Source: Lingula anatina
Taxonomy: Eukaryota > Animalia > Brachiopoda
NCBI GenBank assembly: GCA_051362555.1
Contig: CM120644.1
Span: forward strand, 22,342,534 to 22,406,533
Direction of reading: 5' to 3'
Length of the DNA: 64,000 bases
Position numbers and translations under genes: made by a program
In this document: positions 1-12,643 of the stretch, in pieces
How positions within the stretch are numbered: position 1 is the first letter of the stretch
How the letters are laid out: every line of letters begins with the position of its first letter
The notes under the pieces: model-generated
Seen by the model: only the letters and a program-made list of their open reading frames with translations
What the model was told of the DNA's origin: nothing
Databases searched by the model: none

Positions 1-594
1 GACATGAAAGGACCCACACTGGAGAAAAACCATTCAAATGTCAGTATTGTGATAAGAGTTTTAGTGTCAAAAGTGCATGTGTACAACATGAAAGGAACCA
101 CACTGGAGAAAAACCATTCAAATGTCAGTATTGCCAAAAGTGCTTTAGAGTTAAACAAACGTGTACCCAACATGAAAACACTCACAATGGGGGAAAAAAA
201 ATTTAAATGCCAGTATTGTGAAAAGTGTTTTATTGAAAAACAGTGTTGTGTAGAACATGAAAAAACTCACACTGACCAAAAATTATTCAAATGCCTGCAT
301 TGTGAAAAAAGTTTTAGCGTCAAAAATAAATGTGAACAACATGATATGATTCATGCCTTCTCAGACTATAAAAAGGAATTTGAAGAAGCGGATAATAGGA
401 CAGTGGTTTCACTACAGTCTATAAAAAAGGAATTCCAAGATGATTATATGCCACATGGGCCAAAAGTAGAGATGGAAGCTTATACAGAATCTGAAGTCAA
501 AATTAAGTTAAATGATGACAATGCTCCAGACGTGAGACCTGAGATCTATCCAGTAGCAATGTTTAGAAATGTGTTTGCAGACAATGATTATTGA
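1..594 (+). pseudogene. 3' part of C2H2 zinc-finger gene A, truncated by the window start, with an apparent +1 frameshift at about 189-201
   Basis: Fingers (HTGEKPFKCQYC) read in frame 3 up to the G5A8 run at 189-201. They then continue in frame 1 (ORF 4..594) to the shared tail PEIYPVAMFRNVFAD. The paralogous finger has 12 nt here versus 13 nt. Confidence 0.75.
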
Positions 595-862
595 TGAATG
601 ATAATATAATAAAAAAAATAGACATTGAGCACATGAAGAAAGTTTTTTTTAATTTTAATTATTTAATTGGGAGTTGTGTTTAAAGATGTTTTTGAGACAG
701 TTATTTTAACTGAAAACTGGTGCATGCATTCATGGAGACTGCATTAGTAATTATATTTATGACTGAAAACACGTCTGCCAGTACATGCATTCATGGAATA
801 TTTCTGGAACTTGACTACCTTAATTGCATGTGGATGGGTCATTTACAGAGACTGTCTACATA

Positions 863-1406
863 CCAGGGTTGATTGATAAGTAGTGAGCCTCATATAGAAG
901 GGGTACACATTTTACAAGTATTTTTCTTTATTTTTCAACATAGTCTCCTTGAGTATCTATACACTTTTGCCAGCGAGTTTTGAGAGCATCTATGCCACTT
1001 TTATAGAAGCTCTTCTCTTGGCCGTTCAGAAACCCCTCCACTTCACGTATGATGTCATCATCTGACACAAAGTGAGTACCTGAAATGGCCTTTTTCAATT
1101 TGGGAAATAGATAGTAGTCAGAGGGAGCAAGATCAGGTGAATAAGGTGGATGTTCTATCAGTTCAAAGCCACACTCTTTGATTGTAGCCATGGCAATGAC
1201 AGACTTGTGAGCTGGGGCATTGTCCTGGAGGAACAGTACACCTTTCCTGAGCTTTCCGCTGCCTCGTAGACATAAACTAACCAAATGACACCAAACTTCG
1301 GCTACATATGTATACCTTTAAATAGTCAGGGAATAGAAGGGCTGAAAAGGGATATCCCTGCTTAACCCCTTCCACACGAAGCTCACTACTTATCAATCAA
1401 CCCTCG
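863..1406 (-). mobile_element. Internally deleted mariner (DD34D) element, copy 1
   Basis: TIRs of about 28 bp, C(C/G)AGGGTTGATTGATAAGTAGTGAGC, flanked by TA on both sides. ORF 928..1284(-) carries LQDNAPAH and HPPYSPDLAPSDYYLF. The empty site is visible in paralogous units at about 5540 and 15995. Confidence 0.95.
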
Positions 1407-1899
1407 TATATCAGACACTTTACTGACTGAAGAAGTAAAATTCTTCTGTTGGCCTGCATGAAGAGCAGAAAAAGGGGGAACACTTTGTTCTGATCTTCCA
1501 AAGATTACTTTTTTAAGAAATCTGAATGCTCCCTCTGCAGCCTTTGACTGTGCAATTTCATTTTTATACTAGTATATTGCATAATATGGCAGACCATCTA
1601 TGGTTACGTAATAAAACAAAACATACTTTGAAATGAAATATTATCTTCCAAGTGTACTTTTTAAGAAATATATAAATAAAAAAATTAGAAATGCGCCCTC
1701 TGCAGCCTTTGACTGTGCAATTTCATATGTATATATATTGCATAATATGGCAGACCATCTATGGTTATGTAATAAAACAAAACATACTTTGAAATAAAAT
1801 ATGATTTTATTAATAATGTATCTTTGTACTTTATTGCATCAAAGAGTTTTAAATGAAAATGAAGCATCCTTTATGTGCCACCCGTAATTAATTAATTAG

Positions 1900-1962
<63 letters not shown>

Positions 1963-2684
1963 TTTTTCAGTTATGCAATTCATTAACTTGCAATGGTGGC
2001 AGTTAAAGTTAAGGAATTTAAAGTTTTCATTGCATCTACCAGTAATAGAAAAGCAAGCTAGGAATGCTAGAAACCGTAGTCCGCTTCCCTTTACTTTGTA
2101 CAGATGACATTTGTCCTAAATACTAATGTGGCTTGTCTTGACTAATAGCATCGAACACGAGTTCCTTACCCTTTTCACTGACACCATTGGCTCTTTGTAA
2201 CACAGTTAAAGCCAGTGAAATGATTCTTTTACGGTTGTAAGCGGAAAGGATCAGATACCATCTCTGAAATTTACTGAAGGATGTTTCCGAGGGGAATCCG
2301 ATGAGATTGCAATGCTTCGTTCACATTAAGTTCACTTCATCTTCACGAACTGTTACCTTAAAAACAATTCATTCCGAGCAGTTGTTGTTTATACCCCCAG
2401 GGGAGCTTTGTGTCATTCATCACTGTGATCAAACATCAGGTCTTGTTTTTTTACCCTCATTTCTTCGTTGTTCGCAAAAGCAGGTGCATGTACTTCGACT
2501 TCAAAGATTTTTTTTTTCACTTTGCTGAACAGTAGAACAACAGAAAAGCTTTATTGGTGGAAGTAAAGTCATCCATGAGTAGCACTACATATACATGGAC
2601 CTGCAGAAACCAGGGTGCATATTCTTAACTAAGTGAAGAGCTACAACACAGATGTAGATGATTTGATACGTCAATGAAAAGTCA

Positions 2685-5273
2685 ATGAAAAGGAATGAAA
2701 TGGCTGGCATTAGAGAAAAACCTTTCAAATGCCAGTATTGTGAAAAGAGTTTTAGTGTCAAAAGAGCATGTGTACGACATGAAAGGACCCACACTGGAGA
2801 AAAACCATTCAAATGCCAGTATTGTGAAAAGAGCTTTAGTTTTGAAAGAGCTTGCAAACGACATGAAATGATCCACACTGGAGAAAAACCATTCAAATGC
2901 CAGTATTGTGAAAAAAGCTTTACTGTCAGAGATAAATGTAAACAACATGAAATGATCCACACTGGAGAAAGACCATTTAAATGTCAGTATTGTGAAAAAG
3001 GTTTTATTGAAAAACGGAATTGTATGCAGCACGAAAGGACCCACACTGGAGAAAAACCATTCAAATGTCAGTATTGCGAAAAATGCTTTAGCGTTAAACA
3101 AAGGTGTACACAACATGAAAACACTCACACTGGGGAAAAAACATTTAAATGCCAGTATTGTGAAAAGTGTTTTAGTATTAAACAGAGTTATATACAGCAT
3201 GAAATAAACCACACTAGAGAAAAACCATTCAAATGCCAGTATTGTGAAAAAAACTTTTCTTTCAAAAGTCAATGTAAATTTCATGAAATGATTCACAATG
3301 GAGATAAGCCATTCAAATGTCGGTATTGTGGAAAGAGTTACATTTCTGAAAACACTTGTAAAAAACATGAACGGATACACACTGGAGAAAAGCCATTCAA
3401 ATGCCAGTATTGTGAAAAGTGTTTTGGTGACAAAAGCACATGTAAACAACATGAAATGATTCACAGTGGAGAAAAACCATTCAAATGCCAGTACTGTGAA
3501 AAAAGTTTCACTTGCAAAAGTCAGTGTAAACAACATGAAATGGTTCACACTGGAGAAAAGCCATTCAAATGCCAGTATTGTAATAAGAGTTTTAGGGTCA
3601 AAAGAACATGTACAAGACATGAAATGATCCACATTGGAAAAAAACCATTCAAATGCCAGTACTGTGAAAAGAGTTTTATTATTAAACAGAATTGTAAACG
3701 ACATGAAGTGACCCACAATATTGAAAACTCATTTAAATGCCAGTATTGTAAAAAGAGCTATAGTAATGAAAGATCTTGCAAACGACATGAAATGATCCAC
3801 ACCGGAGAAAAACTATTCAAATGCCAGTATTGTGAAAAAAGCTTTACTGTCAGAGATAAATGTAAACGACATGAAATGATCCACACTGGCGAAAAACCAT
3901 ATAAATGTCAGTATTGTGAAAAATGTTTTAGTGTTAAAGCAATAATAACTCTTCCTTTGAGATTCAAAATTCCGCAAGAAATACATTGTAAACAACGCCT
4001 GGAAATATATTCTGTTGCATTTTCCCACTAAAACGACTGTTATTGTAGTAAAACTAAAATCTGTGCTTGTCACTTGGGCTTTCGATGCTTTCTTCGCGGT
4101 CGACAAGTGCATCCGTTGCTAATGACGTAATGGTGTCACGCGGATTCTCGCGTTCATTCGAGACCAAAATAACATGGCGGGAAACCCTCAGACGTAAGTT
4201 GCGAGTTTTTTACAGTGCGTCGGATAACGAAAAGCCCGGAATTGCACACATTGTAGATATAAATGCATTTTGAGCAAAAAAGACGAATATATCTTATGAA
4301 TCTTATAATATTGTTATATAGTGTTGTTGTCTGCTTTTCCCGCGGTTTTAAGTAGGTCACTAGAAACTATCGCTCGATACGAGAGGGCTCCGTCAGTTAA
4401 AATCTCTTAAGAGATTTTAACAAAAAACCGTACGTTTAGGAAAAAAACCCTGGATTAACTTTGAATGCAGGAATGGGGTCGTTGACCATTGGTAAGTACG
4501 GGAAAATTGCCGTTTTTTCCAGGAAAATCGTATTTTTGGCCAAAACGAAGAGTTATTATGACTTTAAAGATAAGTGTACACAACATGAAAGGACCCACAT
4601 TGGAGAAAAACTATTCAAATGTCAATATTGTGAAAAGTGTTTTAGTGTTAAGCATAAGTGTACACAACATGAAAGGACCCACACTGGAGAAAAGCCATTC
4701 AAATGCCAGTACTGTGAAAAGAGTTTTACTTTCAAAAGTCACTGTAAACAACATGAAATGGTTCACACTGGAGAAAAGCCATTCAAATGCCAGTATTGTG
4801 ATAAGAGTTTTAGTGCCAAAAGAACATGTATAAAACACGGAATAATTCACAGTAGAGAAAAACCATTCAAATGTCAGTATTGTGAAAAAGGTTTTACTGA
4901 AAAACAAAGTTGTATAGAAGATGAAAAAACTCACACTGACAAAAAATTATTCAAATGCCTACATTGTGAAAAAAGATTTAGTGTCAAAAATAAATGTGAA
5001 CAACATAAAATGATTAACACTGGGGTTTCATCTCCGCCTATAAAAAAGGAACCTCAAGAAGAGGATAATCCGTATACGACAATGGTTTCACTACAGTCTA
5101 TAAAAAAGGAATTCAAAGATGATTATATGCCACATGGGACAAAAGTAGAGATGGAAGCTTATACAGAAACCAAAGTCAAAGTCGAGTTAAATGATGACAA
5201 TGCTCCAGACGTGAGACCTGAGATCTATCCAGTAGCAATGTTTAGAAATGTATTTGCAGACACTGACGATTGA
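2685..5273 (+). pseudogene. C2H2 zinc-finger gene B (20 fingers), disrupted by a 626-bp TTAA element
   Basis: Joining 2685-3937 to 4568-5273 gives a near copy of intact gene D (13851..15725) with one extra finger. Confidence 0.92.
3938..4563. mobile_element. 626-bp non-autonomous Kolobok-type DNA transposon
   Basis: TTAA TSD at 3934-3937 and 4564-4567, AG...CT termini, and imperfect TIR AGCAATAATAACTCTTC / AGTCATAATAACTCTTC. The empty site GTGTTAAAGATAAG is in gene D at about 15097. Confidence 0.85.
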
Positions 5274-5679
5274 CATCTGATAATATAATATTTAAGAAAT
5301 AGACATTGAGCACAAGAAGAAAGTTCTTTATTTTAATTATTTGATTGGGAGTTATGTTTAAAGATGTTTTTGAGACAGTTATTCTAACTGAAAACTGGTG
5401 CATGCATTCATGGAGACTGCATTAGTTATTATATATATATATGACTGAAAACGGGTCTGCCAGTTCATGCATTCATGGAATATTTCTGGAACTTGACCAT
5501 GTTTAATTGCATGTGGATGGGTCATATACAGAGACTGTCTATATATGTCAGATACTTTATTGACTTAAGAAGTAAGATTCTTCTGTTGGCCTGCATGGAG
5601 AACAGAAAAAGGGAGAAAACTTCCAAAGAGTGCCTTTTTAAGAAATCTGAACGCTCCCCCTGCAGCCTTTGACTGTGCA

Positions 5680-5733
<54 letters not shown>

Positions 5734-6146
5734 TATATGGCAGACCATCTATGGTTATGTAATAAAACAAAACATACTTTGAAATAAAATATGATTTTAT
5801 TAATAATCTGTACTTTACTGCTTCAAAGTGTTTTAAATGAAAATTAAGCATCCTTTATATGCCACCAACAATTAATTAATTAGCAGACACACACACACAT
5901 TTTTTTTTTCAGTTATTCAATTCATTGACTTGCAATGATGGCAATTAAAGTTAAGGAATCTAAATTTTCATTGCATCTACCTGTAATAGAAAAGCAAGCT
6001 AGGAATGCTAGAAACCGTAGTCCGCTTCCCTTTACTTTGTACAGATGACATTCGTCCTAAATGCTTATGTGGCTTGTCTTGGATATCATAAGACGAATAG
6101 CATCGAACACGAGTCCCTTACCCTTTCCACAGACACACAGTTGAAG

Positions 6147-9100
6147 CAAGGAGTTATAACAGAAGGAGATTACACGCAAGCCTTTCTATTGTCCGATGTC
6201 TGTTACGGTGGGCGGAGCTAGCAACGGGGGGCCTCCGGTCTCAAGGTTTCGTCTGCGTCGCTCTCCTCCGCTTGGAGATAAATTTCATATGCGTTATTTC
6301 GCGTTAGAATTCGAGATCAGTAATGTCAAAGCGCCGTTGTATGCTGACGATTTTTTTCACAGGTAATTATTTGGACGATGTGCTGGAAGGGAACGATATC
6401 ATAGAAAGCGATTATAAGGTGGTGACTGAGGATGGTCGCCATGAGCTTTTTTTAATCGGTGATAGATGGCTTTTTTATGGCACAACCCGGTGAAAAATCA
6501 CCAAGGAGAAGTCAAAAGAAAACGTCCCAACTGTGGTTTGTGAAAATGACGTTCAAGTGAACGTCTGTCCTCACTGCCAAAGGACATAATATTAATACAT
6601 TAACGTTTGGACCCTCCTGCCCTTGGGTCCCATAAACATATACATTGTGACAGTGCCTACGCTTTGTGTCTGGTTTTAAATTTCTTAAAGTATTTTTTCT
6701 CTCACTCGGTATAATTTTAATATTATAATGCATTTAATTAAAATTTTAATCCAAGGTTGAGGCAATGCCACGACAAGTCAGTTTACTGAATACTCGTTAT
6801 AAATTTCTTTATCTTGGAAATTTCCCTTTTTTTCAGGATTATTTGACACGTACTAACACTGTTCATATTTGTCGGTAAACAAGTGCACAGTGCTTTACAT
6901 TAAGAATAATTTTTATTCATTCATAAATATATTTATGTACAAAATATATCAGAAATTTTAGTATTCACCGAGTTCTTTAAAGTGAAACAAATAAAGATGA
7001 GAATATTGAATTTCAAACTATTATTTACTATATTAACTTAAAATATCTTTTAAGTCAACTCTATACTCAAGCACTCTATACTCTATACTCATGAAAGTAG
7101 CATCTGTGAGTAAAACCATTTTATTATATCAATAGAAGAACAAAAACAAAAATTTTACACATAAGCAGTAATAAATGAAGTCATAAGAATGATTAAGTTG
7201 CTACAGTTTTCCAGTTTTATGCAGTCTATGATGGCATTTTTTTCAACCGTGCAAATAGAAATAATTATATTCTTTTTTATCTGACTTGCTGATACCAGTC
7301 TGAGCCAGATACTATTCCACTTACAGGCCAGCAAGGTCTGAGAATCTAATGGGCCGAATGAAAAAAAAATCCTAGAAGATAAAGTGGTTAATTCTTACAA
7401 ATAGGATGAAAAACATGGGATTTTCAAAAGGTTATTATAGATCAAGACAACACTTAGTAAGAACATTTATAAAATGTAACAGCTGAAAAAATTAACTGGT
7501 AAGTAAGCAGTAAGTGACTGCTTTAAAGAAATTTCACTGAAACAGAAATTTCACTGGCAATCAGGTAGACTGTTATACCATGGCACTCAACAATTTATAT
7601 ATAGGTTTTGAATTTTTTTCCACGCAACAGTAACATAAAATTTATGTCCACTTTTGCAATGTATAGAGTCAGTTAGGTGACTGACAATATTTTAAAATGT
7701 CATAAAGGAGCACTATTAATTTAATGCAATCTCTGTTGGCCAGTCTTATCCAGTTTCTTCTCCAAAAAGGACAACTCAAGTGAGAATTTCTTCAGGGCCT
7801 TTTCTTCTGCCTTGCTAATGCCATGCCACTCAGAAAAGAGAGAAACCTGTAGGTTAGAAAAAAAAACATAATAATAGCATTATGAACTACTAGTATCCAT
7901 GTAGACATTATGGAATTATGCAGTGAAGTTTAATGTGTCTTGTTATGACTTGACTGAAATAATGTTCATCTTAGGCATTATGACAAAAGTAACTTACCCC
8001 AGACACACTGACCTCCTTTTTTCATTGACATATTTTAATTTTTTCCAGCCTGACCATAATTCATATATTCAATGCAGCCTTCTCCCATATCTATAATAGA
8101 AAAAAAACTTGAGTAGTGTTAAGATATGCATGTCAAATCCATTATCAATTTTGAGAGAATTTCTGTTTCAACACTACAAGATGAAATATTTAATTTCAAG
8201 TAATGAATAAACCTTAATAGAGTTCTATTCTTTTGTAACCACCAAGGCAAAGCTTCTTTCTTAAAATGAACTGAAACATCCAAGCTTGCCACCTAACATG
8301 CCAAAGTAGTGAAGTATAATTTAAGTAGAGAAGCAAGTACCCCTTAATTATAGAGGTGTCTTACACAATAAGGTGTGTCTTACACACCTCGACTCAAAGA
8401 GAGATGTGTAGTGAGATAACAGGTAAAGTAATTGGTGGAGCCTAGGTGAACTTAAAACCTTAAGACTTTAAATTAAGAAGCACCAGGATTTATGTGTTCT
8501 TTTTTCAAAGGTTTAATATGAATTAAAACATATATATGTAAAAAGAAGACTAAATAAGTTAAAAAATAACTATACCAAAGACACTGTGAAATCAAACTTC
8601 CTGTTAGACCGCCATGATGGAAAATGCTGGGTGGAGGCAAAATTTTCCAGTCAAAAAAACTGAGCACTTTACTTTAACAACAAAGTTACCACTCCAAAGC
8701 CACCCACCATGGTGAGAAGAAAAATGATGACCAACTGTCATGATAAGTCTTTTTAGATTTAGACATGAAAAAGGTAAAGGCCAAAATGGTACATTTACCC
8801 ATAACACTAGAGTAAAAAATTGGTATTCTGAACAAATCGGGTTATTTTTCTCAAGAAATATTGGAGCAGTATCCATGCAATATATACCACGCCACGACCA
8901 AGATGTTCAAGAATCTAAACACACCAAATTTTTATATAATCTTGCATTTGAAAAGTACAAAAAGCGGTAAGGCTTTTGGCCGTAACAAGCGTAACACTTT
9001 TTGATCGGAACTCATGAAAATTGTCAATTGTCGTATCCAAGCTAGACCACATGTAAAATCGCAAAAAAAAAAACAATACTGCTCAAGCAAGTGTGTTGCA

Positions 9101-9776
9101 CACATAACAATTAGTTAAATTTTATGACTGTCATGTGACACAAGTTTCAAAAAGTAGGAGGAAAATGTCTTTTGGAGTAATTTTTTTTCGAAATATTAAC
9201 AAGATGGCGGCTTAAGCATCTGCTTGTTATTCGGCTACTGAAAGTGCACCTAAGTTTTATTCTTTGCTATTGCCACAAATTACTTAACAATTGCAACTGT
9301 ATAAAGACCAAACTTTCTTCATCTGATACTATATTTATAGGCACTTGTTATGAGTGGGAAATATTTTTCGTGCAATATTTATTCTCCACACACCACCTCG
9401 CGAGATCAACGTGTAGCTGGACACTTACACAGTGAGACCCTACGACATAAAAGTTGACATTTATCTTCATATTTCGTGTAGTTATGCATTTAAAAGCACT
9501 TACCTGTTTTTTGAAAACCTTGTCCAACGTAATATCATATAAATTCTGTATTTCTCTCATTTTTTAGAAACTTCGGACTCCGTTTCTGTTTCTGTCCTCA
9601 AAAATCAACAGACGAAGGCACAGATACTAACAAACGAGATTTAAACGAGAGTAGCAATTAAGCGTAACAGAGATAGGCATCCATTGTTCTCTGGGTTCTA
9701 TTCATTCCGACCAATGAGAGACCGTAATACGGGCTCCGCCCCCACGCGTGTAATCTCCTTCTGTTATAACTCCTTG
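6147..9776. mobile_element. 3,630-bp non-autonomous TIR element, P-superfamily-like
   Basis: Perfect 31-bp TIR CAAGGAGTTATAACAGAAGGAGATTACACGC and 7-bp TSD GTTGAAG (6140-6146, 9777-9783). The empty site CACAGTTGAAGCCAGTG is at about 17561-17577. There is no transposase ORF. The superfamily is inferred from the CAA...TTG termini and TSD size. Confidence 0.8.
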
Positions 9777-10465
9777 GTTGAAGCCAGTGAAATGGTTATT
9801 TTACTTTTGTAAGCGGAAAGGGTCGGATACCATCTTGGGAATTTACTGAAGGGGAATCCGATGAGATTGCAACGCTTTGTTTACATTAAGTTCACTTCAT
9901 CTTAACGAACAGTTACCTTAAAAACAATTCGTTCCGAGCAGTTGATGTTTATACCCCCAGGGGAGCTTTGTGTCATTCATCACAGTCATCAAACACCAGT
10001 TTTTTTTTTTTTTTACCCTCATTTCTTCGTTGTTCGCAAAAGCAGGTACATGTACTTCGACTCCAAAGACTTTTTTCACTTTGCTGAACAGTAAAACAAC
10101 AGAAAAGCTGTTTATTGGTGGAAATAAAGGTGGTATTATAACAAGAAAACCAGGAATTAAAATGTGAATAATTGAAGTAAATGTTTTAAAAATAAAAGGA
10201 GCTACCGCCGTAGTACTGGCTTTTCATGATTGCATACCACACTTAGAGAACAGATGTCTTTTTTGTATCAAGATGTTCAGGAGCAGCAGCAGCACTTATA
10301 GTTTTCGCCATGAAGAAAGGAGACGGACACCTTCCAGATCTGTGACAAGTCATCCATAAGTAACACTACATATACATGGACCTGCAGAAACCAGGGTGCA
10401 TATTCTTAACAAAGTGAAGAGCAACAACATGAATGTAGGTGATTTGATACATTAGTGAAAAGTTG

Positions 10466-11836
10466 ATGAAAAGGAATGAAATGGCTGGCATTGGAGAAAA
10501 ATCATTCAAATGCCAGTATTGTGAAAAGAGTTTTAGTTTTGAAAGTTCTTGCAAACACCATGAAATGATCCACACTGGTGAAAAACCGTATAAATGTCAG
10601 AATTGCAAAAAAGGTTTTATTGGAAAATGGCATTGTATGCAGCACGAAAGGACCCACACTGGAGAAAAACCATTCAAATGTCAGTATTGTGAAAAATGTT
10701 TTCCTGTCAAAAGCTATTGTAGGAAACATGAAATGATTCACACTGGAGAAAAACCATTCAAATGCCAGTATTGTGAAAAAAGTTTTACTGTCAAAAGCTA
10801 TTGTATAAAACATGAAATGATTCACACTGGAGAAAAACCATTCAAATGCCAGTACTGTGAAAAGCGTTTTACTTTCAAAAGTCTGTGTAAACAACATTTA
10901 ATAGTTCACACTGGAGAAAAGCCATTCAAATGCCAGTATTGTGATAAGAGTTTTAGTCACAAAAGAACATGTATAAAACATGAAAAGATTCATAGCGGTG
11001 AAAAACCATTCAAATGCCAGTACTGTGTAAAGAGTTTTACTTTCAAAAGTCAGTGTAAACAACATGAAATGGTTCACACTGGAGAAAAGCCATTCAAATG
11101 CCAGTTTTGTGAAAAGAGTTTTACTTGCAAAAGTCGGTGTAAACAACATGAAATGATTCACACTGGAGAAATGCCATTCAAATGCCAGTATTGTGATAAG
11201 AGTTTTAGTGTCAAAAGCGCACGTGTACGACATGAAAGGACCCACACTGGAGAAAAACCATTCAAATGTCAGTATTGTGAAAAGTGTTTTAATGTTAAAC
11301 ATAAGTGTACACAGTATGAAATGATTCACACTGGAGAAAAGCCATTCAAATGCCAGTATTGTGATAAGAGTTTTAGTGTCAAAAGAACATGTATAAAACA
11401 TGAAATGATTCACAGTAGAGAAAAACCATTCAAATGTCAGTATTGTGAAAAAGGTTTTATTGAAAAACAATGTTGTATAGAACATGAAAAAACTCACACT
11501 GACCAAAAATTATTCAAATGCCTGCATTGTGAAAAAAGTTTTGGTGTCAAAAATAAATGTGAACAACATAAAATGATTAACACTGGGGTTTCATCTCCGC
11601 CTATGAAAAAGGAACCTCAAGAAGAGGATAATCCGTATATGACAATGGTTTCACTACAGTCTATAAAAAAGGAATTCAAAGATGATTATATGCCACATGG
11701 GCCAAAAGTAGAGATGGAAGCTTATACAGAAACCAAAGTCAAAGTCGAGTTAAATGATGACGATGCTCCAGACGTGAGACCTGAGATCTATCCAGTAGCC
11801 ATGTTTAGAAATGTGTTTGCAGACACTGATCAGTGA
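10466..11836 (+). CDS. C2H2 zinc-finger gene C (13 fingers plus acidic tail). Upstream exons are possible.
   Basis: Uninterrupted ORF of 28-aa C-x2-C-x12-H-x3-H repeats with TGEKPF linkers. Confidence 0.9.
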   Translation: MKRNEMAGIGEKSFKCQYCEKSFSFESSCKHHEMIHTGEKPYKCQNCKKGFIGKWHCMQHERTHTGEKPFKCQYCEKCFPVKSYCRKHEMIHTGEKPFKCQYCEKSFTVKSYCIKHEMIHTGEKPFKCQYCEKRFTFKSLCKQHLIVHTGEKPFKCQYCDKSFSHKRTCIKHEKIHSGEKPFKCQYCVKSFTFKSQCKQHEMVHTGEKPFKCQFCEKSFTCKSRCKQHEMIHTGEMPFKCQYCDKSFSVKSARVRHERTHTGEKPFKCQYCEKCFNVKHKCTQYEMIHTGEKPFKCQYCDKSFSVKRTCIKHEMIHSREKPFKCQYCEKGFIEKQCCIEHEKTHTDQKLFKCLHCEKSFGVKNKCEQHKMINTGVSSPPMKKEPQEEDNPYMTMVSLQSIKKEFKDDYMPHGPKVEMEAYTETKVKVELNDDDAPDVRPEIYPVAMFRNVFADTDQ

Positions 11837-12106
11837 TGATTGATGAATGATAATATAATAAAAAATAGACATTGAGCACATGAAGAAAGTTCTTTATTTT
11901 AATTATTTGATTGGGAATTATGTTTAAAGATGTTTTGGAGACAGTTATTTTAACTGAAAACTGGTGCATGCATTCATGGAGACTGTATTAGTTATTATAT
12001 TTATGACTGAAAACAGGTCTGCCAGGACATGCATTCATTGAATATTTCTGGAACTTGACTACCTTAATTGCATGTGGATGGGTCATTTACAGAGACTGTC
12101 TACATA

Positions 12107-12643
12107 CCAGGGTTGATTGATAAGTAGTGAGCCTCATATAGAAGGGGTACACATTTTACAAGTATTTTTCTTTATTTTTCAACATGGCCTCCTTGAATAT
12201 CTATACACTTTTGCCAGCAAGTTTTGAGAGCCTCTATGCCACTTTTATAGAAGCCCCTCTCTTGGCTGTTCACAAACCCTCTACTTCACGTATGATGTCA
12301 TCATCTGACACAAAGTGAGTACCTGAAAGGGCCTTTTTCAATTTGGGAAATAGATAATAGTCAGAGGGAGGAAGATCAGGCAAATAAGGTGGATGTTCTA
12401 TCAGTTCAAAGCCACACTCGTTGATTGCAGCCACGGCAATTACAGACTTGTGAGCAAGAGCATTGTCCTGGAGGAACAGTACACCTTTCCTGAGCTTTCC
12501 GCTGCCTCGTGGACATAGACTAACCAAATGACACCAAACTTCGGCTACACACCTTTAAATAGTCAGGGAATAGAAGAGCTGAAAAGGGATATCCCTGCTT
12601 AACCCCTTCCACACAAGGCTCACTACTTATCAATTAACCCTCG
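12107..12643 (-). mobile_element. Deleted mariner element, copy 2 (frameshifted transposase fragment)
   Basis: Same TIRs, TA flanks and position 3' of a ZF gene as copy 1. ORF 12270..12527(-). Confidence 0.93.

Noticed and set aside
1903-1954. (AT)n and other microsatellites or homopolymers across the window
   Set aside because: Ordinary simple repeats.
7721-9560. Possible spliced minus-strand gene inside the P-like element (segments 9560-9504, 8090-7998, 7846-7721)
   Set aside because: Splice signals look plausible, but the middle segment has stops in all three frames. No THAP or transposase motif was seen.
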